DNA of 50,435 nt from an uncultured bacterium (lineage in GTDB: Bacteria; Chloroflexota; Dehalococcoidia; UBA2979). The stretch covers positions 1 through 50,435 of the forward strand of contig CAXGQC010000002.1 of NCBI GenBank assembly GCA_964011795.1, in the 5' to 3' direction. Position numbers and translations under genes: made by a program. The notes under the pieces were generated by a model. That model had not been told where the DNA came from, ran no database searches, and worked only from the letters and a program-made list of their open reading frames with translations. The stretch's first letter is position 1, and each line of letters opens with the position of its first letter. This document shows positions 36,471 to 46,917 of this stretch, one piece after another.

Positions 36471-37728
36471 TAGGTGATGGCGGCGTCGGCAAAACAGTTG
36501 CCAATAGAGCCCCAGCTACCGCTAATCCGGTGCAAAAAATCAGAACACCGTCAAAACTTGAGTTGTCGTATATAGTCCCTGCTATCGGTGGCGAACTAAG
36601 GGATACGAGAGACAGTCCAAGGAACATCATCGCAGTAACGGATCCCTCCGAGCCGCTGCCAGCAGAATCCTGAGCCGCGGCCGTGATTATAGGCATCACC
36701 GAGAAAAACACGAGACCGAGTACCGCTAGTCCAAGGGTAAACGGGACACCAGTCGGTAGGATTAGAAATATCGGTATGAGTAAGGCCATCGTCCACATCG
36801 CAGTGATAATGACCGGCTTCCGCCCGATCGAATCAGAAATATGGCCTAGAAAAGGAGTACTGAGCACTCCGGCAGCCGTAAGCAAGGCAACATGAAACCC
36901 TATTTTGAATTCTGAAAAATCCAAATTTTCGGCCATATGAATTACGATGAACAAACTGAACGAACCGTGCACAGCGCCTCTCAAGCCTCCAAGGACTGTA
37001 TACCCGATCACATGGCGATTACGGACCAATTTTTCCCCGGCCCGGAGATAGTCACGAAACTTATTTTCGGTTTGTATCTTGAGGGAATCATCATCAGACA
37101 TGAGAGACAAAATAATTGGGCAGGTTGCGAGGCAAATTGCCGCTACTCCTAGTGATATTTGCCGCCATGACAAGACGGAATCGATATCGACTTCAAACAT
37201 CCCTAGTGCGCTAAACGCAAAACCTTCGAGCAGTGCCCCGATGACGAAGGGTCCAGTTGTGTTCCCAACTTGTGCCCCCGTCAAATGGAGAGATATTGCA
37301 AGACCTCTCTGTCGTGGGTAACGTGCGGCTAGTGTGCCAAACGCCGGCGCATGCCAGAAGTTGGATCCAAATCCGAGGAGTGCAACTGCGACGCACACCA
37401 TGAGGTACGAGTTGGCTGTACTCAAAGTTAGATAGCCGGTCCCAATCATAGCCATCGAAAAGAAGAGGAGCCAACGAATCTTATTTGGGTATATGTCGGC
37501 GAGCGCTCCGGCAGGGATATTTGAGATCGCGCTCGACACCCCCTGTACCGATTGAATTGAGCCCATACCAAGGCCAGAGAGTCCGAGCGTTTCTTTCAGA
37601 CCTGGAACAAGCATCAAGAATGTGCTTTGGACAAAGTGCTTCAGGCCGTGTCCAACCGAAAGTCCAGCAACGAGTCCTCTGAATTTCAAGCGGCCATCTA
37701 CAGCCGCGGTTGGTGAGTTTTCAGACAT
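36451..37728 (-). CDS. MFS transporter
   Basis: ~425-aa polytopic ORF. The start is ATG 37728 or GTG 37734. The 3' end overlaps the convergent MBL gene by 20 nt. Confidence 0.8.
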   Translation of the reverse strand: MSENSPTAAVDGRLKFRGLVAGLSVGHGLKHFVQSTFLMLVPGLKETLGLSGLGMGSIQSVQGVSSAISNIPAGALADIYPNKIRWLLFFSMAMIGTGYLTLSTANSYLMVCVAVALLGFGSNFWHAPAFGTLAARYPRQRGLAISLHLTGAQVGNTTGPFVIGALLEGFAFSALGMFEVDIDSVLSWRQISLGVAAICLATCPIILSLMSDDDSLKIQTENKFRDYLRAGEKLVRNRHVIGYTVLGGLRGAVHGSFSLFIVIHMAENLDFSEFKIGFHVALLTAAGVLSTPFLGHISDSIGRKPVIITAMWTMALLIPIFLILPTGVPFTLGLAVLGLVFFSVMPIITAAAQDSAGSGSEGSVTAMMFLGLSLVSLSSPPIAGTIYDNSSFDGVLIFCTGLAVAGALLATVLPTPPSPTIEKAA

Positions 37729-37788
37729 GTGCACAATGGTAGTCGGATTTGCGATTGTATGGTTTTGGTCACTTGGTCGGAATACTAA

Positions 37789-39054
37789 TTACGCGACCAT
37801 CGTACGTCCGTGCTTTTCGATGAGTCCGGGTGACAACTTCCGAATGATCATCGGGAAGAAACAAGCTGTGGCGATGAGAAGCACTGCTCCCTCAAGTAGC
37901 ACGATAAGTAGCGCATTTTGCGGACCTACGGCATTGACTAGTGGTCCTACCTGAACAGCGGTCAGCGGTCCGAGTCCGATGCAGAAAGAAAGAACCCCGA
38001 GTACGCGACCTCTCATTTCTGGTGCAGCTACGCGGATTAATATCGCCGTTTGCATCGTCGCGAAAGCGGCAAATCCAAATCCTACGCCGAAGATAGCCAG
38101 AAGACTTGCAAGATATATCTCTGAAAAAGCAAATGCTGAGGCACAAAGAAGGAACCATCCTGTGCCGAAGTAGTAGATTTGATTGAAGTGTATTTCTCTC
38201 GATGACTGAGCGATCCAAAGAGAGCCAATTACAGCTCCCACACCTTCGATCGATCCGAGGATTCCTACACGGAAGGCATCAGCCTCAAGGATATCTTTGC
38301 CAATAACTGGTAGGAGAGAGTTGTATGCCGGGAAGGCGAGGTTGAAAACGATCGTTACACCGAGTGCTCCGATAAGGAGCCTGTTTGCCGAAACATATCG
38401 GAGTCCATCTTTTACTTGTGTTAACGAACTGGTTCCTTCAGCCGTAGGTTCTCGGACTTCCAACGAGACTCTGGACGCGACTCCCGCGGCGACAATAATT
38501 ATTATCCCACCGAGGAGATAGGCCCAACCAGCACCGATGAGAGTGATAAGTCCTCCGGCGATTAACGGCCCCGGTATTTTTGCTAAAGAATCGGTACTCC
38601 ACTCAATTCCGATTGCACGTGCTAACAGATCTTCGGGAACCGTGTCCGCAATAATTGCTTTCCGATTAGGAAATTCGACAGACCAACCGATTGCAAGGAT
38701 GAATACAAAAGAGAGCAACTGCCAATATTGGATATCGTAAAAAGTGATCGCGATGCCGAGCATCAGATAAGTTAACGAAACAAAAAGAAGCGAACCAACC
38801 CATAATTTTTTTCTATTGAATCTGTCTATCAGTGCACCCACAAAAAGTCCAAAAATAAGCCGAGGCATCATACGTATCACAAATGTGAAGGCGACTGCAC
38901 CAGCTTCCCCAGTGAGTTGATACGTGAAGATTCCAATTGCGAGCATGTCTAACCAGCGCACAACCGCTGATAGCCCTCCGGCCATCCAAACTCCTCTGAA
39001 GTTAGCTAACTTGAGTATGCTGAAAGCCGAATCGGAAGAATTAAAGTTAAACAT
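37789..39054 (-). CDS. MFS transporter
   Basis: 421-aa polytopic ORF with the GALIDRFNRKK loop motif. AAAGGAA lies just upstream of the ATG. Confidence 0.8.
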   Translation of the reverse strand: MFNFNSSDSAFSILKLANFRGVWMAGGLSAVVRWLDMLAIGIFTYQLTGEAGAVAFTFVIRMMPRLIFGLFVGALIDRFNRKKLWVGSLLFVSLTYLMLGIAITFYDIQYWQLLSFVFILAIGWSVEFPNRKAIIADTVPEDLLARAIGIEWSTDSLAKIPGPLIAGGLITLIGAGWAYLLGGIIIIVAAGVASRVSLEVREPTAEGTSSLTQVKDGLRYVSANRLLIGALGVTIVFNLAFPAYNSLLPVIGKDILEADAFRVGILGSIEGVGAVIGSLWIAQSSREIHFNQIYYFGTGWFLLCASAFAFSEIYLASLLAIFGVGFGFAAFATMQTAILIRVAAPEMRGRVLGVLSFCIGLGPLTAVQVGPLVNAVGPQNALLIVLLEGAVLLIATACFFPMIIRKLSPGLIEKHGRTMVA

Positions 39055-39178
39055 TAGTTCCTTTGGTTGGAGTGATGGCTAATAGTACATCCATATTTGC
39101 GGCCGGACCAATCGCATAATTCGTCAGTGCGCCGTCGCTTGGGTTAGGATGTGGCGAGAAGTCCATCGAGGGGGGCGT

Positions 39179-39670
39179 ATGCCACGAATGTCAGAAGAGA
39201 TAAAAGACAGATTTTTGCAATTGCCGATACCAGGGATTATTGCAACACTTCGTTCTAATGGACTGCCATATACGGTTCCAATCTGGTGGCTACACATTGA
39301 TGGTGAGTTCTGGATTACCGGCACCCATAGCAGGATTTGGTGCAAGCAGTTGAAGAAGGACCCTCGAGCATCACTCTGTATTGAGAATGGTGGCGACTTA
39401 CCTGGTCATATGGGAGTCGACGGTACAGTAGAGTTGTATGAACTCCCATCATTTGATATCTGGCCTATTTCGAGACAATTAGCTGAAAAATACGTTGGCC
39501 GGGGTGACCCGAGTCGGGATGCTGATGTTGAAGCGTTCTTCTCAAATATGCAGACTGAACCACGGCTACTCTTCAAACTCATTCCGACTGTTTGGCGAGC
39601 TATTGATATGAGCGTCTACGAAGGTAAGAAGGCGGACCGTGACTTCCAAGCAGAGAAGAAACTTTCTTAG
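39179..39670 (+). CDS. pyridoxamine 5'-phosphate oxidase (PPOX)-family, possibly F420/FMN-binding, protein
   Basis: GIIATLRSNGLPYTVPIWW...DGEFWITG split-barrel pattern. ATG 39179 follows GAGGGGGG. Confidence 0.65.
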   Translation: MPRMSEEIKDRFLQLPIPGIIATLRSNGLPYTVPIWWLHIDGEFWITGTHSRIWCKQLKKDPRASLCIENGGDLPGHMGVDGTVELYELPSFDIWPISRQLAEKYVGRGDPSRDADVEAFFSNMQTEPRLLFKLIPTVWRAIDMSVYEGKKADRDFQAEKKLS

Positions 39671-39680
39671 CAGCCAGACA

Positions 39681-42389
39681 CTATGAGTTGATCAAGCCTC
39701 TGAGGACATATTGCAGAATACCGCCATGGCGGTAGTACTCTAGCTCAACTCCAGTATCAATCCTGCAAAGCACGTCGAGATCCGTATGCCGTCCGTCTTC
39801 GTATTTGATCGAGACTTTTAACTGAGTTCTTGGGCTGAGATTTTCCGCAATTCCACCAATGCTTATAGTTTCTGTTCCTGCCAAATCCAGATCTTGGACG
39901 CCTTGCTCACCGGTAAATTCGAGAGGAAGAATTCCCATTCCAATTAGATTTGATCGGTGGATGCGTTCGAAGGACTGTGCGATAACTGCTTTAACACCCT
40001 GCAGTGCCGGTCCCTTAGCGGCCCAATCTCGAGAAGAGCCCGTGCCATACTCCTGTCCAGCAAAAATGATCAAAGGCGTATTTTCTTCCTGATATCGGGC
40101 GGCTGCGTCCCAAATTGGCATGATCTCACCAGAATCAGCATGTTTGGTGAACCCGCCTTCTACATCCACCAAGGCGTTCTTTATACGGACATTTGCAAAT
40201 GTGCCTCTCATCATCACTTCATGGTTACCTCTCCGAGAGCCGTATGTATTGAAGTCTTTCTCGCCAACTTCGTTGCGGCCGAGATACTCAGCAGCTGGAG
40301 AACCAGAGGCAATGCCACCAGCTGGTGATATATGGTCAGTAGTTACCGAATCACCCAATATCGCCAAAATTCGACCGCCTTCAATGTCACTTATATCAGT
40401 TGGTTCTTTGGGAATGCCATCAAAGAAAGGGGGTTTTCGAGCATACGTTGACCATTCATCCCAGTCATAACGTTCGCCCGTCGGAGCCTCTAAACTCTGC
40501 CATTTTTCATCACCGTCAAATACAGTCGAGTATTGTGTTTGGAACATTTCCTTTTGGACCGATGTATTGATTACGTTGTTAATTTCAGTTTGGCTAGGCC
40601 ATATATCTTTTAGGAATACGGGGACACCGTTGGAGTCGTCACCAATCGGTTCTGTGAGTAGGTCGATATCTGTTGTACCTGCTAGCGCATAGGCAACCAC
40701 GAGAGGTGGGGACGCTAAGTAATTAGACTTCACCTTGTTGTGGACCCTTGCCTCAAAGTTTCTGTTGCCTGAGAGAACTGACGCAACCGCAAGTTGTCCT
40801 TCGTCCACTACCTGCTCGATTTCCGGTGGCAGTGGGCCACTATTTCCAATACACGTCATGCATCCATAGCCGGCCAGAGTGAACCCTAACTCATTCAATG
40901 GTGCGGTTAAGCCGGACTCATCCAGATATTCAGTGACTACCTTCGAACCCGGGGCAAGACTTGTTTTGACCCAAGGCTTGGATTGCAGCCCTTTTGCAAC
41001 GGCATTTCGGGCCAGGATTCCGGCGCCCACCATAACTTCAGGGTTGGACGTGTTTGTGCAAGAAGTGATCGCAGCAATCACCACTGACCCATTCTCTATA
41101 TCGTAGGAGTTGGCATCAGTGCCGACAGTGACAGGACCTGAAAAAGCGCCTTGTTCTACGTAGCTGGCTATCTCTGACGTGGCTGACGATTTCATTTCGG
41201 AAAGCGGAAGTCTGTCTTGAGGTCTTTTCGGTCCAGCAAGACTTGGTTCAATATCGGCCAAGTCAATGGTGATAGTTTCGCTATAGTTCGGGTCGATCGA
41301 ATCGTTCGTTCTAAATAAACCTTGGGCCTGAGCGTAGCTTTGCACGCGCCCAATTGTTTTTTCATCACGCCCAGTGAAACGCATATATTCAAGAGTCTCA
41401 TCATCAATCGGGAAATATCCAACGGTGGCACCATACTCTGGGCACATATTGGCGATAGTCGCCCGTGCCGGTAAGGAAAGATTAGATAAACCCGAGCCAT
41501 AGAATTCTACGAATTTACCAACCACTTTTCGCTCTCGAAGTGCCTCCGTGACTCTCAAAACGAGATCAGTGCCGGTGGTTCCCTCCGGTAAGGTACCGAC
41601 AAGTTTCACTCCCATAACCTGGGGTACAAGCATGGCAATCGGTTGACCGAGCATTGCTGCTTCAGCCTCGATTCCTCCGACGCCCCATCCAACGACTCCA
41701 AGCCCATTAATCATCGTAGTGTGGGAGTCTGTACCAACCACAGTATCTGGGTATGCTGCAGGATTACCTTCTGAATCAATACCTTCAAATATGGTTTGCC
41801 CAAGAAATTCCAAATTGACCTGATGCACTATGCCCATTCCAGGGGGTACAACGCGCATACCCTGAAATGCATTCTGTGCCCATTTTAGTAAGAGATACCT
41901 CTCCGTATTTCGTTCATATTCTCTTGTGACGTTGAAACTGAAAGAATCAGTGTCTCCAAAAGCATCGACCTGAACCGAATGGTCTATTACAAGATCGACA
42001 GGGAGCAGGGGATTGATTTTTTGTGGGTCACCCCCCATCTCAGCCATCGCGTCTCGCATAGCAGCTAAGTCAACGACAGCAGGTACTCCTGTAAAGTCTT
42101 GCAAAAGGACACGAGCTGGCCTAAAGGCAATCTCATTTGCAGGCTCTGCTGACTCATCCCAAGCGGCAGTCATCTCGATTTGCTCTCGAGTGACGTTGAT
42201 ACCGTCCTCACCTCTCAATAAATTCTCTAACAGGACCCTATGAGTGTATGGAAGCGCCGAGAGTTGGATGCCAAGATTTTCTGCCGCGATTGGGAGACTG
42301 AAGATCGTATATTTACCTTCACCAGTATCAAGTATTTTCCTGCTATTGAAGCTATTAAGCGACTTAGCTGGTCTAGGTAGATTAGACAT
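39681..42389 (-). CDS. acnA: aconitate hydratase A
   Basis: 902 aa. DLVIDHSVQVD, GTDSHTTMINGLGV, ITSCTNTSNP, CMTCIGNSG, NRNFEARV and DHISPAG are canonical AcnA/IRP motifs. Confidence 0.95.
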   Translation of the reverse strand: MSNLPRPAKSLNSFNSRKILDTGEGKYTIFSLPIAAENLGIQLSALPYTHRVLLENLLRGEDGINVTREQIEMTAAWDESAEPANEIAFRPARVLLQDFTGVPAVVDLAAMRDAMAEMGGDPQKINPLLPVDLVIDHSVQVDAFGDTDSFSFNVTREYERNTERYLLLKWAQNAFQGMRVVPPGMGIVHQVNLEFLGQTIFEGIDSEGNPAAYPDTVVGTDSHTTMINGLGVVGWGVGGIEAEAAMLGQPIAMLVPQVMGVKLVGTLPEGTTGTDLVLRVTEALRERKVVGKFVEFYGSGLSNLSLPARATIANMCPEYGATVGYFPIDDETLEYMRFTGRDEKTIGRVQSYAQAQGLFRTNDSIDPNYSETITIDLADIEPSLAGPKRPQDRLPLSEMKSSATSEIASYVEQGAFSGPVTVGTDANSYDIENGSVVIAAITSCTNTSNPEVMVGAGILARNAVAKGLQSKPWVKTSLAPGSKVVTEYLDESGLTAPLNELGFTLAGYGCMTCIGNSGPLPPEIEQVVDEGQLAVASVLSGNRNFEARVHNKVKSNYLASPPLVVAYALAGTTDIDLLTEPIGDDSNGVPVFLKDIWPSQTEINNVINTSVQKEMFQTQYSTVFDGDEKWQSLEAPTGERYDWDEWSTYARKPPFFDGIPKEPTDISDIEGGRILAILGDSVTTDHISPAGGIASGSPAAEYLGRNEVGEKDFNTYGSRRGNHEVMMRGTFANVRIKNALVDVEGGFTKHADSGEIMPIWDAAARYQEENTPLIIFAGQEYGTGSSRDWAAKGPALQGVKAVIAQSFERIHRSNLIGMGILPLEFTGEQGVQDLDLAGTETISIGGIAENLSPRTQLKVSIKYEDGRHTDLDVLCRIDTGVELEYYRHGGILQYVLRGLINS

Positions 42390-42444
42390 ATTTGATCCCT
42401 TTCGACAGAATTAAATAAATTTTTCGGGCAATTGCTGACTTGGT

Positions 42445-42663
42445 CTAGGACTGTGAAATCTTACGGTTGCGAACCATATCGTGACCGAATTCTCGCCCAC
42501 ATGCATGACAGACAAATCCCAAAGCATTTGTATCATCATCCATCTGTTCTGGTCCTCGCCACCTGGGCATTAATTCCTTACCGATACAGCAATTGCTAAT
42601 TGATTGCGGAGTCTGGGCTCCAGAATATCCCTGTTGGGGGCTACCAAAGATTTTGTTTAACAC
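42445..42663 (-). CDS. hypothetical small Cys-containing protein (72 aa, or 41 aa from an internal ATG)
   Basis: Contains CC...x25...CHAC. GTG 42663 lies 8 nt after AAGGA, and an internal ATG (MPRWRGPEQ...) also follows AAGGA. I recognise no family. Confidence 0.3.
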   Translation of the reverse strand: MLNKIFGSPQQGYSGAQTPQSISNCCIGKELMPRWRGPEQMDDDTNALGFVCHACGREFGHDMVRNRKISQS

Positions 42664-42717
42664 TAGCTATTTCCTTCCGATAACCAGGTAACTCCACGTA
42701 TATATATCAGTTTTTAG

Positions 42718-44451
42718 TTAGTCAAGATAGTCCCTAAGTCGTGTACTTCTGGATGGATGCCGGAGTTTCCGCAAAGCTTTTGCTTCGATTTGCCGAATTC
42801 GTTCCCGAGTGACGGAGAATTCTTTACCAACCTCTTCCAAAGTTCTGGAACGTCCATCTTCTATGCCAAATCTCAACTCTAGAACTTTACGTTCTCGAGG
42901 GGTGAGGGTAGAAAGAATTTCGATGACCTGTTCCTTTAAGAGTTGGTTAGAAGCGGCCTCCTGAGGTGCGGGCGCACTCGGATCTTCAATGAAATCTCCG
43001 AGATGAGAATCATCCTCTTCACCTACTGGCGTCTCTAATGAAACCGGATCACGTGAAACCTTGAATATTTCACGAACTCGCTCTGGTTCAATTTCCAACT
43101 CGCGTCCTAATTCTTCGGCAGTCGGTTCTCTACCGAATTCTTGAACAAGCCGACGTTGAAATCTTGTTAGCTTATTAATCGTTTCGACCATGTGCACCGG
43201 TATTCTGATCGTCCGTGCTTGGTCTGCGATAGCACGGGTTATTGCTTGCCTTATCCACCAGGTGGCATAGGTTGAAAACTTATAACCTTTCCGGTAATCA
43301 AATTTCTCTACAGCTCTAATAAGCCCTATGTTTCCCTCTTGTATTAGGTCGAGAAGGGCCATCCCGCGTCCAATGTATTTTTTTGCAACTGATACTACTA
43401 GTCGAAGATTCGCGACCATCAACTCTCGCTCAGCAAGGTTCCCCTCGCTGATTATTTTTGCGAACAGCCGTCTTAAACTCGCCTCGACGGTTGCAATTTC
43501 CCCCTCAGTCTGCCCAATCGATTCAGCAACGCTATGAGGTTTTTGAAAAAAGCCTCGTTCACTTTTCGAGAGTTCGACCCCCAATTTATAAGCACTATCT
43601 CGGGAATATTCTGAAGCCTCATTCATTTCCATTACCAAGATGTCACTGATTGTTGATAGTAGACGTAACTCGGCCTCAGCCCCAGGCTTGTGTGATTTCT
43701 TTCTCCGCCGCTCCATTTCCTTCTTCAACTTGGCCTTAGTTGCTCCATCTCGGACAAGTCTCTGACGAGCTTCTTCAAAATCCCGCTTGGAGTGTCTTTC
43801 CAAGACGGAATGGACCTTCTTTGTTTTGGATATATTGTCGATCACTTGCTCATCTAGGTTCCCATCTACGGCATTCCGGAAAATTGGATCGTTGATTCTG
43901 CTAAGGACATTTTGTCTTGGTTTCAGTGCTCGCTTGGCTACTAAAAACGAAATTATAGTGTCATATACTTTCCTAGATCTCTCGAATCGTGTGATCAGCT
44001 GACAATAAATCTCTGAACTAGTTGGTTCGTCTCCATATTCATCATCCCATTCTTCTTGTATTTCCCGTATGAGTTCTCGTTGCTCTACCGAGCGCGAGAG
44101 TCTTTTTTCATCAGCAGCAGTTAACAGATCAACTTTGCCGATCTCACGTAGATACAGCCGCACAGGGTCTTCTAGTGAAGTAGCTTCCGCGATTACTCGC
44201 CTGGCAGCTTCGACATCTTCGTCTACAACCGCTGCTGGTGCTGTCTCAGCACGGACAGTCACTCCATTTTCCTGGAGTCGGCTGACGATCGATCTTAGTT
44301 TTTCGTTACGTCCATCAGTTTCAGGGATTACTTGGAGTACTTCCTCTACGGAAACAGTGTTGTTTTTGTTACGCCGCCCTCTTGCAAGTAGCTCTTCCAA
44401 CCCTTCTTCAAGGGTGTCTATCTGGTTATCTCCAAAAACTTGTGTCGTCAT
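42718..44451 (-). CDS. rpoD: RNA polymerase sigma factor RpoD (primary sigma-70)
   Basis: Region 1.2 [11 protein letters not shown]. Region 2 [12 protein letters not shown]...[53 protein letters not shown]. Region 4 [30 protein letters not shown]. Confidence 0.97.
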   Translation of the reverse strand: MTTQVFGDNQIDTLEEGLEELLARGRRNKNNTVSVEEVLQVIPETDGRNEKLRSIVSRLQENGVTVRAETAPAAVVDEDVEAARRVIAEATSLEDPVRLYLREIGKVDLLTAADEKRLSRSVEQRELIREIQEEWDDEYGDEPTSSEIYCQLITRFERSRKVYDTIISFLVAKRALKPRQNVLSRINDPIFRNAVDGNLDEQVIDNISKTKKVHSVLERHSKRDFEEARQRLVRDGATKAKLKKEMERRRKKSHKPGAEAELRLLSTISDILVMEMNEASEYSRDSAYKLGVELSKSERGFFQKPHSVAESIGQTEGEIATVEASLRRLFAKIISEGNLAERELMVANLRLVVSVAKKYIGRGMALLDLIQEGNIGLIRAVEKFDYRKGYKFSTYATWWIRQAITRAIADQARTIRIPVHMVETINKLTRFQRRLVQEFGREPTAEELGRELEIEPERVREIFKVSRDPVSLETPVGEEDDSHLGDFIEDPSAPAPQEAASNQLLKEQVIEILSTLTPRERKVLELRFGIEDGRSRTLEEVGKEFSVTRERIRQIEAKALRKLRHPSRSTRLRDYLD

Positions 44452-44483
44452 ATGTCACCTTACTCCTATCTATCTAAGAACCT

Positions 44484-46334
44484 TTATTTTCTCGATTTCA
44501 TCCGAATTTTTTCCATTATGGAATCCCATTGCTGATTAATATCAGAACTATCATCAGTGCCGTTTTGGCGGTTTTCGAACTTAGTCTGCGCCAAATCCAA
44601 GACCTCTGTTCGTAGTCTCGCTTGTTCGCGTCTTCTGAGGATTTCCTCTTTCATACCTAATACCACTTTGGACAAATCTTTGTCGTCATATTCTGGGCAG
44701 GGAAGGTTATTCAACTCTGAAACACGGTCTTCTATCACAACTAAACTTGCCGCATCAATGTCAGAATGACCAATTCCTTTTGATTCACTGGATCCGATGT
44801 CTGCATTATTTTTCCAGGCAAGGAATACCGCTTTGTTCAAGGCCTGTTCGAAAAAATTCTCCTCAATTGATATACCTGTTTCCCTGACAGATGAACGCTG
44901 CAACAGCAAGGCGAGCAGTTCAGTTTCACCATCTGGTTGCATTTGCTGAGTGGGTTGGGATGTTTTTGTATTTCCACTTACTATTTTCGGAGTTGATGCG
45001 TCGATGGCACCTAGGCGTTTCCTCAGGATATCTGGTTCGATATCTGCAAAACGTGCTAGTCGTCTCAGGGCCGGTGTACGTAGGAGTTCATCCTTTGTCC
45101 AGGCCAAATAGGGCAGGACACTCTCAACAGCCTGTTTTTTCTCATACGAATCATTAAATCTTCGATCGATTACTGAATCAATCAAAAAATCAAGTACGGG
45201 TTTAGCTGTGTCAATGATCTGCTCATACTGCTGGATATTTGTTTTGATGAGTGAATCTGGGTCTTCGCCCGCTGGGAGAGTCGCAATCATCATCTGGATA
45301 TTTTCAGACGAACCTGTATTAGAAATTCCTGATGGCTTTGACTCCATAATTGAAGCCACACCTCGCAACGCGGCCTTTGCTCCAGCTTCGTCGGCGTCTA
45401 ACGCAAATATGATCCTTTGTGAATATCTAGTTAGTTGATTCATCTGCTCGGAAGTGATCGCTGTGCCGTTTGAAGCGACTGTTTCTTCAAGCCCAACAGC
45501 ATGCGATGCGATGACATCCATATAGCCCTCGACCACGATTGCCTTCCTCTTATCCAATTTTTGATCCCTGATTTTGGGAATCGCTCTCGAAAGGCCATAG
45601 AGCGTATTGCGCTTTTCATACAGTTCAGTTTTTGGAGTATTGAGGTACTTAGGAGTCTCCTCTCCCATAGCCCGGGCACCGAAGCCGATCAGCCTGCCTT
45701 TAGCATCTCTAGTCGGGAACATCACCCTATTTGAAAAAAGGACTCGAATACCATTGTCATATTGGCCTGCCACTCCAGCCGAGACGATCTCCTCTTCTGA
45801 GAACCCTTTAGCCCTGAGGTTGTCTAGGAGTTGTCTTCGATCTCGTGGCGCAAATCCCAGCTCCCAACTACTAATAGATTCGTCACTAATTCCTCGGGTA
45901 CTTAGATATTCACGAGCTTTGATCCCATTAGAAGTTTTTAATTCATTCTGAAAAAAAATCGACGCCGATTCGTTTATAGCAAGGAGTCGCTGATGCTCCT
46001 CATTTGTTTGCTGGTTGGCCCTGGAATAGCGTTGTCGTTCAACGCCTGCTAGCTCCGCCGCTATGTCCAACGTCTTGTCGAAGCTACAAGATTCCATTTT
46101 TTGAATGAAACTCAATGAGTCGCCGCCCGTAGCACATGCCCCATAGCAATACCAAAGATCCTTACTGCTATTTACGACGAACGATGGGGTTTTTTCAGAG
46201 TGGAATGGGCAACAAGCCTTCCAGTTTGCCCCGGACTGCTGTAGATCGGGTACGTATCTCGAAACAACTTCGACAATGTCCAAACGGGACTTAATATCTT
46301 GGGCTTCTGTATTTGTCATTATTAAGTATGACAC
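44484..46334 (-). CDS. dnaG: DNA primase
   Basis: Zinc-ribbon CPFHSEKTPSF and TOPRIM region VVEGYMDV...ALDADEAG. It lies immediately upstream of rpoD (AGGAG SD between them). The start is GTG 46334 or ATG 46319. Confidence 0.95.
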   Translation of the reverse strand: MSYLIMTNTEAQDIKSRLDIVEVVSRYVPDLQQSGANWKACCPFHSEKTPSFVVNSSKDLWYCYGACATGGDSLSFIQKMESCSFDKTLDIAAELAGVERQRYSRANQQTNEEHQRLLAINESASIFFQNELKTSNGIKAREYLSTRGISDESISSWELGFAPRDRRQLLDNLRAKGFSEEEIVSAGVAGQYDNGIRVLFSNRVMFPTRDAKGRLIGFGARAMGEETPKYLNTPKTELYEKRNTLYGLSRAIPKIRDQKLDKRKAIVVEGYMDVIASHAVGLEETVASNGTAITSEQMNQLTRYSQRIIFALDADEAGAKAALRGVASIMESKPSGISNTGSSENIQMMIATLPAGEDPDSLIKTNIQQYEQIIDTAKPVLDFLIDSVIDRRFNDSYEKKQAVESVLPYLAWTKDELLRTPALRRLARFADIEPDILRKRLGAIDASTPKIVSGNTKTSQPTQQMQPDGETELLALLLQRSSVRETGISIEENFFEQALNKAVFLAWKNNADIGSSESKGIGHSDIDAASLVVIEDRVSELNNLPCPEYDDKDLSKVVLGMKEEILRRREQARLRTEVLDLAQTKFENRQNGTDDSSDINQQWDSIMEKIRMKSRK

Positions 46335-46382
46335 CGATCCTCAGAAAAAGTTACGCCGAGTCGGATAAGTTCAATCAATTCA

Positions 46383-46844
46383 TCAGTCGCTGAGCACAGG
46401 TATGTCTGGTGGCATCTCTGTTTTCGGGCGATTTCGAATCTGTTCAGTTAGTCGGGACTCGCGACTGACAATTTCGTTGACTATTTCTTTGAGACCAACC
46501 AGTGGTGAATGTGAATCAAGTGCCTGGAGAGTATCCCATCGGATGCCGTTTAACGCATGTATTGCCTGTGGAGCCTCAGCAAAGTCAAAAGACGGCGATT
46601 CACTTGATAAACCCTTCAGTGATTCGATCTGCTCTTTCTCAAGATAAGCAAGTTGTAACAAGAGGCGTGCGATGGAATCAGTGATCGGTTTTTCCTCAGG
46701 CCACTCGACAGAAATATTTGTTTGGAAGTCTTGATCAGTCACCTCACGCAGTGTGTTCATTAGGTCAACTCTGGTAACTGCTAGTGAGTCAGCTAGCTCT
46801 GAACTGTTCTTTCGGGCTGGTTCCATCCTGGACGGGTTATCCAT
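46383..46844 (-). CDS. hypothetical protein
   Basis: 153-aa ORF, predicted helical, with no diagnostic motif. It ends in tandem stops TGATGA 48 nt upstream of dnaG. Confidence 0.5.
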   Translation of the reverse strand: MDNPSRMEPARKNSSELADSLAVTRVDLMNTLREVTDQDFQTNISVEWPEEKPITDSIARLLLQLAYLEKEQIESLKGLSSESPSFDFAEAPQAIHALNGIRWDTLQALDSHSPLVGLKEIVNEIVSRESRLTEQIRNRPKTEMPPDIPVLSD

Positions 46845-46917
46845 AATGTCTCTCCCGTCTTATAATAGCTCGATTGCCGAGAATTAGGCCTGTGTTTGTG
46901 GGGCGACTAATTCTCGT

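Noticed and set aside
43300-44100. Long non-conserved insert in RpoD as something unusual
   Set aside because: A variable spacer between regions 1.2 and 2 is normal for primary sigma factors, and the conserved regions 1.2, 2, 3 and 4 are intact.
45951-45960. Homopolymer runs (A8/T8 at about 13843-13850, 45951-45958 and 47459-47466) as slippage or phase-variation sites
   Set aside because: All are in frame within intact housekeeping or enzymatic genes and encode Lys/Phe runs. There is no evidence of frameshifting.
46335-46385. Possible TGA read-through joining hypothetical 46383..46844 to dnaG (same frame, TGA stop)
   Set aside because: Hand translation of the 48-nt spacer shows TGATGA followed by two further in-frame TGAs. 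This is a genuine termination region, not recoding.
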